41,197 nt of DNA from Caulobacteraceae bacterium (GTDB taxonomy: Bacteria; Pseudomonadota; Alphaproteobacteria; Caulobacterales; Caulobacteraceae): assembly GCA_040380105.1 (NCBI GenBank), contig JBEIJS010000001.1, positions 1 through 41,197 of the forward strand. The letters run 5' to 3'. The notes beneath the pieces are model-generated. The model worked only from the letters and a program-made list of their open reading frames with translations. It had not been told where the DNA came from and did not search any database. Position numbers and translations under genes: made by a program. Shown piece after piece: positions 1-9,390 of this stretch; position 1 is the stretch's first letter, and every line of letters starts with the position of its first letter.

Positions 1-1556
1 CGGCCCTCATCCGCCTCGCTGTCGTCCATCAGCCGTTCCGGATCCTGGCTCGCCTCAGGCTCAACCCGGCCCGGGGATGAGGTCGTTTCCGCAGCCGGCG
101 AATGGCCCGACGGGTTCTGAACGGTCGGGCTCGGCATGCGGCCGGGCAGGGCCCGGACGACGGCGTCGCGGCTCTCACGGTCGAGCGTCGCCGGGGCCGC
201 TTCTGCCCTCTGGCCCTGCTGCAGGGACAGCGACAGGGTGAAGCTGGTGCCGGCGCCCGGGCTGCTGCGAACGGTCAACCGTCCGCCCATCAGTTCTGCA
301 AGCTGGCGGCTGATGGCAAGGCCCAGTCCGGTGCCGCCGTGAAGCGCGCTGACTCCCGACAGGGTCTGATCGAAGGGCGTGAACAGCCGCGCGAGCTGGT
401 CGTCGGTCATGCCCGGGCCGGTGTCCTCGACGGTGATCAGAACCGCATGGCCACCGGGCTCCTCGCTCCAGGCCTCGAGACGCAGGGTGATTGAGCCCGT
501 CCCGGTGAATTTCATCGCGTTGGAGACGAGGTTGTTGAGTATCTGGCGCACCCGCAGCGGATCGCCCCGGACTGCGGCCGGGATCGATGCTGCGCCCTCG
601 ACCCGCAGTTTCAGGCCCTTGACCCGGATCGGGCCGCGCCACAGTCGCATCGTCTGTGTCAGCAGGCTGCGCAGGTTGAAGTCCACCTCGTCGACCGTCA
701 TGTGGCCGACGTCCAGTTTGGCGTGATCCAGCAGGTCGTCCAGCATGGCCTTCATCATCAGGCCGGCGTCGGTGATCAGTTGGGCCTGGGACCGGGCGGC
801 AGCGTCCGGTGCTCCGTGTTCCAGCTCCGCGGCGCCGGTCAGGATGGCGCTGATCGGGGTTCTCAGGTCGTGGCCGATCGCCGCCAGGAAGGCGCTGCGA
901 CCGGCCAGGATTTGTTCGGCCTCCAGCCGTTTGGCCTGGGCCTCGACTCGGGCTGCACGCTCCGACTGGTGCGCCCGGTTCATCCGCCTCCAGGTCGACA
1001 GGCAGAAGGTGACAAAGGCACCGGCGCAGAAGGTGGCGACGGTCAGCATGCTGGACGTCGCTCCCTCGACGGCCATGAACATCGGCGTCATCGCCAGAAG
1101 CAGCAGGGGCCATGAGGCGGTCAGCAGCATCACCGACCCTGAACTGGAAGCATTGCCCAATGCGTAGATGGCCGCTCCCGCAAGCAGCAGGATCGCGCAG
1201 ACGCCTCCGGCGGGACCGCCGATGAGCCAGAGCGCGACGGGCAGGCTGCAGAACCAGGCGGCGTTCAGGACGAGGGAGATCCAGGAGCCGACGCGCCGGG
1301 CACCGGACAAATGGTCGGTCTTGCCGGCGGTGATCGGGCTGAAGATCCAGAGGTCCAGCAGCTGGACGGCGAAATAGCTGACCACCCAGGCCAGGCTCAG
1401 TGACCAGCCCAGGATCGGACTGAAGATCAAGGCAAGAGCCACGGCAAGGCCGAGCCGCTGCAGCAGGGACTTGCGCCGTTGGCGGATCGCCCGGGCCCAG
1501 TCGCCGGAATCCGTGACGACCGCACCGGCAGGAATATCGTCTGCTGCTTTCGCCAT
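1..1556 (-). CDS. Membrane-bound (probably hybrid) sensor histidine kinase, 3' end runs off the window
   Basis: Not in ORF track. ATG at 1556 after a GGGGAG RBS; reads MAKAADDIPAG..., several TM helices, H-box AIGHDLRTPIS, N-box QILNNLVSNAMKFT, G-boxes DTGPGM and GTGLGL. Confidence 0.9.
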   Translation of the reverse strand, partial: MAKAADDIPAGAVVTDSGDWARAIRQRRKSLLQRLGLAVALALIFSPILGWSLSLAWVVSYFAVQLLDLWIFSPITAGKTDHLSGARRVGSWISLVLNAAWFCSLPVALWLIGGPAGGVCAILLLAGAAIYALGNASSSGSVMLLTASWPLLLLAMTPMFMAVEGATSSMLTVATFCAGAFVTFCLSTWRRMNRAHQSERAARVEAQAKRLEAEQILAGRSAFLAAIGHDLRTPISAILTGAAELEHGAPDAAARSQAQLITDAGLMMKAMLDDLLDHAKLDVGHMTVDEVDFNLRSLLTQTMRLWRGPIRVKGLKLRVEGAASIPAAVRGDPLRVRQILNNLVSNAMKFTGTGSITLRLEAWSEEPGGHAVLITVEDTGPGMTDDQLARLFTPFDQTLSGVSALHGGTGLGLAISRQLAELMGGRLTVRSSPGAGTSFTLSLSLQQGQRAEAAPATLDRESRDAVVRALPGRMPSPTVQNPSGHSPAAETTSSPGRVEPEASQDPERLMDDSEADEG

Positions 1557-1621
1557 GCGGCTCCCCGGACCGGGCGGTTCTGCCCCACCCGCGACCATGA
1601 CCGACCTGCCCTAACGTGACG

Positions 1622-2659
1622 TCAACGGGCGGCTGAAACAGCCTCTGCGACGGTGGAAAATCCGTCGGCACGCAGGCGCGCGGCGAGGTCGCGCTTGATC
1701 CGTCCGATCAGTCCCGGCCCCTCGTAGATCAGCGCCGAATACAGCTGGACGGCGGAGGCCCCGGCCCGAATGCGGGCCCAGGCCTCTGCCCCGCTGTCGA
1801 TGCCACCCGCTGCGATCAGGGGCAGTCGGCCGCCGCCGGCCTCGGCCGCGGCGCGCAGGGCGGAGCCGGATCGCGCCTTCAGCGGCGCGCCCGACAGGCC
1901 TCCAGCCTCGGCCCGGTCACGTGACCGCAGGCTGTCGGGCCGGTCCAGGGTGGTGTTTGACACAATCAGGGCGTCGATCCCGTGATCGAGGCTGGCCTCA
2001 ACGATCAGGCCGATCTCGGCCGGTGTCAGGTCCGGCGCGATCTTGAGGAAGACCGGCGTCGGATCCGTGCCCCGCGCCTCGGCCAGCCGCTCCAGCAGGT
2101 CGTCCAGCGCCGCCCGGCCCTGCAGGGCGCGCAGGCCTGGCGTATTGGGCGAGGAGACATTGACCGTGACATAGTCGGCCAGACCCTTCAGCCGGATCAA
2201 TCCGGCGACATAGTCCGCCGCCTTGTCCTCCGTATCCTTGTTGGCCCCCAGATTGGCACCGATCACGGCATTGCGCGGCCGGGCCGCCAGCCGGCCGGCA
2301 AAGGCCTCCAGACCGGCGTTGTTGAACCCCATCCGGTTGATGATCGCCCGGTCCTCGCTCAGGCGGAACAGGCGCGGTTTCGGATTGCCGGGCTGGGCCA
2401 GCGGGGTCACCGAGCCACATTCCACAAAGCCGAACCCGAGCCGCGACAGGCCGTGCAGGGCCTCGCCGTTCTTGTCCAGACCGGCGGCCAGCCCGACGGG
2501 ATTGGGCAGGTGCAGACCGGCGACGGTGGTGGCAAGGATGGGGTCATCCGCCCGCGCGGGCGGCAGGGGGGCCAGTTGCAGGGCCCGGATCGCCAGGCCG
2601 TGGGCCGTCTCGGGGTCGATTGTCCGCAGCAGGGCGGCACCGATGTCGGTCACGGCCAT
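1622..2659 (-). CDS. pyrD: Quinone-dependent dihydroorotate dehydrogenase (class 2)
   Basis: NPVGLAAGLDKN, INRMGFNN, NVSSPNTPGLR, KIAPDL, GGLSG motifs. Confidence 0.97.
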   Translation of the reverse strand: MAVTDIGAALLRTIDPETAHGLAIRALQLAPLPPARADDPILATTVAGLHLPNPVGLAAGLDKNGEALHGLSRLGFGFVECGSVTPLAQPGNPKPRLFRLSEDRAIINRMGFNNAGLEAFAGRLAARPRNAVIGANLGANKDTEDKAADYVAGLIRLKGLADYVTVNVSSPNTPGLRALQGRAALDDLLERLAEARGTDPTPVFLKIAPDLTPAEIGLIVEASLDHGIDALIVSNTTLDRPDSLRSRDRAEAGGLSGAPLKARSGSALRAAAEAGGGRLPLIAAGGIDSGAEAWARIRAGASAVQLYSALIYEGPGLIGRIKRDLAARLRADGFSTVAEAVSAAR

Positions 2660-3006
2660 CCGATCGCTCCGTCCTCAAAATGCATCACGCCGTCCGGATC
2701 GACCGACAGGACCCGTTGCGGCGCATCGGTGTGGGCGGGCAGGGGGGCGAACAGATGCGGGAACAGGTCGCCGCCGCGCGACGGCTCCCATTTCAGGGCC
2801 GCGCCGAGCGGGGCGAGGTCGACCTCGACCAGCACCAGCTCACGCCGCCCGGCATAGTGCCGCCGCGCCGTCTCCGCCAACTGCGCCGCCGTCGACATAT
2901 GGATATAGCCGTCCGCCCGGTCGAGCGCCGAGCCGGCATAGACACCCGCGGCCAGCGCCGCGATCCATTCGGCGCGATCGACCAGCTTGTAGGCGACCCC
3001 GCTCAT
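2650..3006 (-). CDS. DUF952 family protein
   Basis: DGYIHMST and FPHLF motifs; usual neighbour upstream of pyrD. Confidence 0.9.
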   Translation of the reverse strand: MSGVAYKLVDRAEWIAALAAGVYAGSALDRADGYIHMSTAAQLAETARRHYAGRRELVLVEVDLAPLGAALKWEPSRGGDLFPHLFAPLPAHTDAPQRVLSVDPDGVMHFEDGAIGWP

Positions 3007-3506
3007 TGGCCGCCCAGGTCGCGTGGCTGGATGAAGCCTTCGAAGCTGCAGCGGCCGGCGACGTCGACGGAGAAGATCGCGGCCGCGCCCGGCGGGAAGC
3101 CGCCGCTCATCCGGTCCAGCACCGCCGGCGAGGCGGCACCCTCGACCAGATACTCCACGGCCAGCAGATGAATGCCGGGATTATGAGCCACGACCATCAG
3201 GCAACCGGCCTCGTCCTCGACCGCCTCGATGTAGCGACGCAGGGTTTCGGAACTGCCATTGTACAGGGGCTCGTCCTCCTGCACCTGCACGTCGCCGAAG
3301 GCGTCATGCAGCAGCTCCCAGGTCTGGCGGGTGCGGGCGGCCGGCGAGACCAGCGCCAGATCGGGGCGCATGCCACGCCCGGCCAGGGCGCGCGCCATGG
3401 CGGCGGCATCCTTTCGACCCCGGCCCGACAGGACCCGGTCGCGGTCCCGACCGGAACCGGCGGCCTGCTCCGCCTCGGCGTGACGCATCAGGATCAGTCG
3501 CTGCAT
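3003..3506 (-). CDS. sixA: SixA-like phosphohistidine phosphatase
   Basis: LILMRHAEA, SPAARTRQT, VVAHNPG; start trimmed to ATG 3506. Confidence 0.85.
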   Translation of the reverse strand: MQRLILMRHAEAEQAAGSGRDRDRVLSGRGRKDAAAMARALAGRGMRPDLALVSPAARTRQTWELLHDAFGDVQVQEDEPLYNGSSETLRRYIEAVEDEAGCLMVVAHNPGIHLLAVEYLVEGAASPAVLDRMSGGFPPGAAAIFSVDVAGRCSFEGFIQPRDLGGQ

Positions 3507-3516
3507 GGGCAGGGCT

Positions 3517-4290
3517 TTAAGGGCGTTCGCCGTTTCCCGCCAGATCACTGTCCGACAGATCGCGTGATGATCGCGAGGCGGGCTGGGGCTGTAGCGCGGG
3601 TGCCATCACCGGCACCGTTGCCACCGCCCCACCCGGGCGGATTCGGGCATAGGCCTGCCGGGTCGCCTCCAGCAGGATGACACCCGCCGCCCCCGGGATG
3701 ATCCGCTTGCCGATCTGTTCCAGTCCGTCGGCGAGGGGCAGCAAGGGCCCCCAGGGCGGCACATAGAGAGTCTGTGACCAGGCCGTGGGCTCCAGCCCCG
3801 CTGCCCGCACCAGCCGCTCCAGCTGACGGCGTGTGAAGGGCTGTCCGTATCCGAACGGCGTCGATTCGGATCGTGCCCACAGCCCGCCCCGGGCCGCGGC
3901 CACCAGTATGATCCGTCCGGCCGGAGACAGGGCGCGGACCGCCTCGTTCATCAGGGCCTGGGCGTCGTCCGCCTCCTCCAGGGCATGGATCATCAGGATG
4001 CGGTCGAACGATCCGGCTGCGAAGGGCAGGCGTCGGTCATCGACCAGCAGGGTGCGGTTCTTGCCCGCCGCCGGCCAGGGCTCGACCCCCTGACCGCCCG
4101 GCATGGCGGCGACCACCCGCCGCGCGCCGACGAAGGCGTCCAGCCAGGGCGTGGCATAGCCGAGACCCAGCACATCGCTGTTGGTCGCCTCGCCCCAGGC
4201 GTCCTCGAGACGGCGCGCCAGCAGCCGCCGCGCCAGGGCACCGGCGGGCTCGCCGTAGAAGGTCCGGAGTTCCTCGATACTGCGCCGCAT
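3517..4290 (-). CDS. Class I SAM-dependent methyltransferase (YafS-like)
   Basis: VLGLGYATP, LPFAAGSFDRILMIHALE; divergent from gloB; start trimmed to MRRSIEELRTFY. Confidence 0.85.
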   Translation of the reverse strand: MRRSIEELRTFYGEPAGALARRLLARRLEDAWGEATNSDVLGLGYATPWLDAFVGARRVVAAMPGGQGVEPWPAAGKNRTLLVDDRRLPFAAGSFDRILMIHALEEADDAQALMNEAVRALSPAGRIILVAAARGGLWARSESTPFGYGQPFTRRQLERLVRAAGLEPTAWSQTLYVPPWGPLLPLADGLEQIGKRIIPGAAGVILLEATRQAYARIRPGGAVATVPVMAPALQPQPASRSSRDLSDSDLAGNGERP

Positions 4291-4335
4291 GGCTGCACCA
4301 TAGGCCGCGCCGGGGGCGGCTGCTAGAAGACCCGC

Positions 4336-5058
4336 ATGACCCTCGATGTGCGCCTCTTCCCCTGCCTCACCGACAACTACGGCCTTCTGGTCCGGGATCG
4401 GGACAGCGGCAGGGTTGCCACGATCGACACACCCGACGCGGACGCCATCCTGGCCGAGCTGGAGCGTTCGGGCTGGGGTCGGCTGGACCTGATCCTCAAC
4501 ACCCACTGGCATCCCGACCACACCCAGGGCAACGCCCGGCTGAAGACCGAAACCGGTTGCGAGATCGTCGGACCCGAAGAGGTCCGCAGGGCTGCGCCGA
4601 TCGACCGGATCGTGGCGGGGGGCGACACGGTCATGCTGGGCGGGACGGCCCTGGAGGTGACCGACACACCCGGCCATACCCTCGGCCATATCGTCTATCG
4701 CTCAGCCGCAGACGCCCAGGCCTTCGTCGGCGACGTGCTGTTCAACCTCGGCTGCGGCCGGCTGTTCGAGGGAACCCCGGCCCGGATGTGGAACAGCCTC
4801 CAGACCCTGGCGGCCTGGCCCGACGAGACGGTCGTCTGGTGCGCTCATGAATACACCGCCGCCAACGCCCGCTTTGCCCTCAGCGTCGATGACCGGCCGG
4901 AAATGGCGGCCCGGGCTGCGCAGATCTTCGCCATGCGGGAACGGGGCGAGCCGACCGTTCCGACCACCATCGGCGCGGAAAAGGCCTTCAATCCCTTCCT
5001 GCGCGCGGCCGATGCCGAAACCTTTGCGGCCGTCCGGGCGGCCAAGGACGTGTTCTAG
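4336..5058 (+). CDS. gloB: Hydroxyacylglutathione hydrolase (glyoxalase II)
   Basis: THWHPDH, TPGHTLGH, GCGRLFEG, CAHEYT, EKAFNPFLR. Confidence 0.95.
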   Translation: MTLDVRLFPCLTDNYGLLVRDRDSGRVATIDTPDADAILAELERSGWGRLDLILNTHWHPDHTQGNARLKTETGCEIVGPEEVRRAAPIDRIVAGGDTVMLGGTALEVTDTPGHTLGHIVYRSAADAQAFVGDVLFNLGCGRLFEGTPARMWNSLQTLAAWPDETVVWCAHEYTAANARFALSVDDRPEMAARAAQIFAMRERGEPTVPTTIGAEKAFNPFLRAADAETFAAVRAAKDVF

Positions 5059-5111
5059 ACCGTTCTTCGCTTGAGTTGACGCACCGTCCGGGTCCCTGCC
5101 CGGCGATGGCG

Positions 5112-5310
5112 GGTTCATCACAAAGGACACAAAGGAAGCCACAAAGGCCACAAGGGGTCCTGTGAGGTCCTCCGGTCCAGCCCCGCCGTTGCGCGGGATC
5201 CATGGGGCGCAAGCCGCGATCCCAAATCAGCCCCGGCGGGCACAGACCTCGACACGGACCGGCTCTCTTCGTGTCCTTCGAGACGTCCTTTGTGTCCTTT
5301 GTGATGAACC
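5112..5310. repeat. ~200-bp miniature inverted-repeat element with CACAAAG-type subrepeats, copy A
   Basis: Perfect 25-bp terminal inverted repeat 5112-5136/5286-5310; aligns end to end with 22621-22820. Confidence 0.9.
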
Positions 5311-5342
5311 TTCCGGCTGCCGCGGCTCACCCGACGATGGCG

Positions 5343-6158
5343 CTAGCGACGCCCGGCTTCGGTCGGGGCGAGGAAGGCCTGGATCACCCGCGCCGAGGAC
5401 GGTCGCCCCGCCATCCCTTCATCGGGGTCGACCGTCACCACCAGCCGTCCACCGAGATAGGTGACCGAGGCGCGATCGCCCTCGACGATGGTGATGGTGG
5501 TCAGCCGGTCGAGGCTTTGTCGGGCCGTCGGCGAGCGGGCAATGCGAAGGACGGCGTCGGTCGTCACGATCAGAGCCTCTACGCACAGGGACTCGGAACG
5601 CTCGCCCGTCAGATTGATGGCGACCAGCCGGCCGAGGGCCTGGCTGATCATGTCGCTCCGCCGCGCCATCAGGCTCCATAGCTGCAAGGGACCGAGGATC
5701 GGCGGGGTCAGGCTCTGGCCGGGGCCGGAGAAGGAGGCAGGCGAGCCGCCGGGCGCGAGGGGCGTATAGACCGTCATGCCGCCGCCGGGTGTCACCCGCA
5801 GCAGCTGGTCGCCGGCATCATTGCGATAGATCACGTCGCCGCGGGGCGCGGCGGTGGGCCGCAGCACCCAGGTCTCGTCGCGCCGGTCGAAGCGCAGCAG
5901 GGGCCGCTGGCCCGACCGGTCCAGAATGAAGGCCTCGCCGGACTCAGCCACATATCGGCCGGTCGGCGGCACCGCCCGCGTCTCGACGGCGTTTCGGTTG
6001 CGCAGCGACTGACTCTGCTCGGCCTGGGCATTGCCCTGGTTCTGGGCCTGGGCCTGGGAGGCGGTGGACAGCGAAGACAGCGCCGCCGCGGCGAGGGCGA
6101 TCGCCATCGCCGCCGGAAGCGGCGTTCGCGCCGTTCTGACCCTCACCGTCAACTCCAT
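5343..6158 (-). CDS. Exported protein, probably DUF4908 family
   Basis: Signal-like N-terminus; FILDRSG...LLRF, PRGDVIYRNDAG, GGMTVY, GRPSS motifs. Confidence 0.7.
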   Translation of the reverse strand: MELTVRVRTARTPLPAAMAIALAAAALSSLSTASQAQAQNQGNAQAEQSQSLRNRNAVETRAVPPTGRYVAESGEAFILDRSGQRPLLRFDRRDETWVLRPTAAPRGDVIYRNDAGDQLLRVTPGGGMTVYTPLAPGGSPASFSGPGQSLTPPILGPLQLWSLMARRSDMISQALGRLVAINLTGERSESLCVEALIVTTDAVLRIARSPTARQSLDRLTTITIVEGDRASVTYLGGRLVVTVDPDEGMAGRPSSARVIQAFLAPTEAGRR

Positions 6159-6207
6159 GGGGAGAAGTGGTGCAATCGGCCCGCGGCGGATTTTGGGCAG
6201 GACCCGG

Positions 6208-6933
6208 TCAGCCGACCAGATACTGCCCTCCGTTCAGCGACAGGGTGCAGCCTGTGACATATCCGGCACGTTCCCCGGCCAGCCAGGACACCATGTCGGC
6301 GATTTCCTCGCCTTTTCCGAGCCGCCCGACCGGAATCTGGGCGATGATCCCGGCCAGGACCTTCTCGTCCATGGCCCCGACCATTTCGGTGTCGATATAG
6401 CCGGGCGCGATACAGTTCACCGTCACGCCCTTGCGCGCATTCTCCAGCGCCAGCGCCTTGGTGAAGCCGATCATCCCGGCCTTGGCCGCGGAATAGTTGG
6501 TCTGGCCGATCTGGCCCTTCTGCCCGTTGATCGAGCTGATGTTGACGATCCGGCCGAAGCCGCGGTCGCGCATGCCGTTGATCACCTGGCGCGTCATGTT
6601 GAAGACGCTGTCCATGTTCACCCGGATGACGTCGGACCACTGATCCGAGCTCATCTTGTGGAAGAAGCCGTCGCGGGTGATGCCGGCATTGTTGATCAGG
6701 ATGTCGACCGGTCCCAGCTCGGCCTCGACCTCCTGTACGGCCCGGGCGCAGTCGTCATAGGATCCGACATTACCCTTGACCACCATGACGCCCAGTTCCT
6801 TCGCGGTCGCCTCGGCGGCCTCGAGATTGCCGGAATAGCCGGCGGCGACCAGCATGCCGTCTTCCTTCAGCCGCTGAACGATCGCCTTGCCGATGCCGCG
6901 GGTTCCACCCGTGACCAGAGCCACTCGAGCCAT
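6208..6933 (-). CDS. phbB: Acetoacetyl-CoA reductase (SDR)
   Basis: TGGTRGIG, NNAGITRD, SSINGQKGQIGQTNYSAAK. Confidence 0.93.
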   Translation of the reverse strand: MARVALVTGGTRGIGKAIVQRLKEDGMLVAAGYSGNLEAAEATAKELGVMVVKGNVGSYDDCARAVQEVEAELGPVDILINNAGITRDGFFHKMSSDQWSDVIRVNMDSVFNMTRQVINGMRDRGFGRIVNISSINGQKGQIGQTNYSAAKAGMIGFTKALALENARKGVTVNCIAPGYIDTEMVGAMDEKVLAGIIAQIPVGRLGKGEEIADMVSWLAGERAGYVTGCTLSLNGGQYLVG

Positions 6934-7022
6934 GTGCGTTCTCCTGTCCCATGTGCCGCGTCTGATGCGTGGCCTTCAGGGGGAGAGCTTTAGCCGGATG
7001 GCAGGTGCGCGGGAAGGGTCGC

Positions 7023-7188
7023 TGGTGATTGGTGATTGGTGATTGGTGATTATGCCGCTCAATCATTTGCGGAAGGGTGGCACGGCCCGCGCCACTGCAC
7101 AGGTTCCGGCCAGCCACCAGCCACCAGCCACCAGCCACCAGCCACCAGCCACCAGCCACCAGCCACCAGCCACCAACCACCAATCACC
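7023..7188. repeat. Opposed heptamer tandem arrays around a 59-bp core
   Basis: (TGGTGAT)x4 at 7023-7050; (CCAGCCA)x9 plus CCAACCA and CCAATCA at 7110-7186. Confidence 0.95.
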
Positions 7189-7192
7189 CTCT

Positions 7193-8251
7193 TCAGATCC
7201 GCGCCATATCCAGCACAAACCGGTACCGCACGTCCGACTTCTCCAGCCGCGCATAGGCCTCGTTGATCTGGTCGGGGGCGATCAGTTCGATGTCGCAGGC
7301 CAGGCCGTGTTCAGCGCAGAAATCCAGCATCTCCTGGGTCTCGCGGATGCCGCCGATCAGCGAGCCGGCCACCGAACGGCGCCGCCACAGCAGGCCCATG
7401 GCATAGACCGGCAGGCCCTCGGTGGTCAGGCCCAGCATGACCATGGTGCCGTCCCGGGCCAGCAGGTTCACATGGCTGGCGATCTCATGCGTGGCCGAGA
7501 CGGTGTTGATGATCAGGTCAAAGCTCTCGCCCGCCGCCTTCATGGCTGCGGCGTCCGAATTGATCAGGAAATGTTTGGCCCCCATCCGCCCGGCATCGGC
7601 CTTCTTGCGGTCCGATGTCGACAGGACGCTGACCTCCGCCCCCATGGCCGCCGCCTGTTTGACCGCCATATGGCCCAGGCCGCCGAGGCCGACCACCAGC
7701 ACCTTCGAACCCGGCCCGATCTTCCAGTGTCGCAGCGGCGAATAGGTGGTGATCCCGGCGCACAGCAGGGGCGCGGCCGCATCCAGCGGGATGCTGTCGG
7801 GGATGGTCACGACATAGTTCTGGTCGACCACAATGGCGGTTGAATAGCCGCCCTGGGTCATCTTCTGGCCCACCGCCGCGCCCTTGGGATCGGGCGAGCC
7901 ATAGGTCTGGGTCATGCCGGGAACGCAGTATTGCTCCTCGCCCTCCAGACAGGGTTTGCACTGGCGACAGCTGTCGACCATGCAGCCGACACCGACCCGG
8001 TCGCCGACCTTGAAGCGGGCGACATTGCCACCCACCGCCGTCACCACCCCGGCGATCTCATGACCCGGCACGATGGGGTAGCGGGTATTGCCCAGGTCGT
8101 TCTTCACAATGTGCAGGTCGGAGTGGCAGACCCCCGCGAATTTGATTTCGATCGCCACATCGTCCGGACCCGGATCACGCCGGTCGAAACTCCAGGGCGA
8201 CAGCGGCTCCGTGCTGGAGGTGGCGGCAAAGGCGCGGGTGGCGATGGGCAT
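7193..8251 (-). CDS. Zn-dependent NAD(P) alcohol dehydrogenase, cinnamyl/YahK-like
   Basis: GVCHSD, GHE, CxxCxxC, APLLCAGITTYSPL, GLGGLG, DVRYRFV. Confidence 0.93.
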   Translation of the reverse strand: MPIATRAFAATSSTEPLSPWSFDRRDPGPDDVAIEIKFAGVCHSDLHIVKNDLGNTRYPIVPGHEIAGVVTAVGGNVARFKVGDRVGVGCMVDSCRQCKPCLEGEEQYCVPGMTQTYGSPDPKGAAVGQKMTQGGYSTAIVVDQNYVVTIPDSIPLDAAAPLLCAGITTYSPLRHWKIGPGSKVLVVGLGGLGHMAVKQAAAMGAEVSVLSTSDRKKADAGRMGAKHFLINSDAAAMKAAGESFDLIINTVSATHEIASHVNLLARDGTMVMLGLTTEGLPVYAMGLLWRRRSVAGSLIGGIRETQEMLDFCAEHGLACDIELIAPDQINEAYARLEKSDVRYRFVLDMARI

Positions 8252-8310
8252 GGGTAGGCTCCTGGAAGGCGGGTCTCATTTGCGTGCGTGCGCAGCCCGG
8301 CGCAACCGGT

Positions 8311-9061
8311 TCAGCCCAGCTTTTTGATCAGCGCCTGCGCCGCCGCCGGGTTCCGGACCTTCGCCCCCGCAATGAAATAGGCAAAGACCTCGCCGCGCTG
8401 CGCCCAGCCCCGCGTCTGCGCCGCCACCGCCTCGAGTTCGGCCGACGTCATGCCCGTTGGCTCGTCCTCGCGGCTCGACATCAGCCGGGCGTAGGTAAAG
8501 TCGGCGGTCGGCTGGTCGATCCGGGGCCATTCGGGGGCCTCGTCGTCCACGGCATAGACGATGGCCGCCCCGTATTTCGCCGCCAGATCGTAAAACTGCG
8601 GCGTATCGAACGTCGGGTTCCGCACCTCCAGCGCATGTCGCAGCCGCACCCCCGTCCTGCTCCTTCGGCAACAGTTTCAGAAACCCCTCGAAATCGACCG
8701 GGTCGAATTTCTTGGTCGCCATGAACTGCCAGTTGATCGGCCCCAGCCTGTCGCCGAGCGCGCTCAGCCCCTGGCCGAGGAACCGCTCCATCGACTCGCC
8801 CATGTCGGACAGGACCTTGCGGTTGGTGCAGTAACGGCTGGCCTTGACCGCGAAGACGAAACCGTCCGGCGTCTCGTCCCGCCATTTCATCCAGCTGTCC
8901 GGCTTGAAGGTCGAATAATAGGTGCCGTTGATCTCGATCGAGGTCAGGGCGCGGCTGGCGTATTCCAGCTCCTTCTTCTGGCTCAGCTTCTCCGGATAGA
9001 AGGCCCCGCGCCAGGGCTCATAGGTCCAGCCGCCGATGCCGATGTGGATGGGGTGGGTCAT
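8311..9061 (-). pseudogene. DUF72 family protein, frameshifted at a homopolymer (possibly a sequencing error)
   Basis: Own RBS (GGAG) and ATG 9061 (MTHPIHIGIGGW). The N-half is in ORF 8276..9340 and the C-half in ORF 8311..8649. Removing one C from the C5 run at 8649-8653 restores ...QDGVRLRHALEVR. Confidence 0.85.
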
Positions 9062-9340
9062 CTTTTCTCCGGTTGGATGGGCGCTCCGGTCCGCGCCGCC
9101 TTGCGCAATTGCTCGGGCGCGCGCTTCAGCGAAAATCTCCTCCATGGTCCGGTCGCTCAGCCCGCTCGCCCGCGCCTCATCCACCAGTGCCTGCATATGC
9201 GCGATCTTCTCCGCCTTGATCTGCTCGCGGCGGATCAGGTCACGGACATAGTCGCTGGAGTTGGCATAGCGGCCGTCCGCCGACTGGGCCTCGACCCAGG
9301 CCTTCATCTGGTCGGGCAGGGAGATGTTCATCGTGGCCAT
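9062..9340 (-). CDS. parD: ParD-family ribbon-helix-helix antitoxin; lacks its own stop and has no adjacent toxin
   Basis: MATMNISLPDQMKAWVE...GRYANSSDYVRDLIR; ~83-aa domain then reads in frame into the DUF72 ATG. Confidence 0.85.
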
Positions 9341-9370
9341 GAGCAGGCTCCTGTCTCAAGCGCCACCCTA

Positions 9371-9386
9371 TGCCAAAGTTTGCCAA
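9371..9386. promoter_or_regulatory. Candidate ParD operator
   Basis: TGCCAA direct repeat at 10-bp spacing (9371-9376, 9381-9386), ~30 bp upstream of parD. Confidence 0.4.
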
Positions 9387-9390
9387 TTTT

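Noticed and set aside
175-1671. 498-aa minus-strand ORF in the track
   Set aside because: Wrong frame; the real gene is the histidine kinase starting at 1556, open to the window edge.
7023-7188. CRISPR array, or short W-rich ORFs (GGWWLVA repeats)
   Set aside because: Contiguous 7-mer tandem units with no spacers and no cas genes; the peptides are translation artefacts of the repeat.
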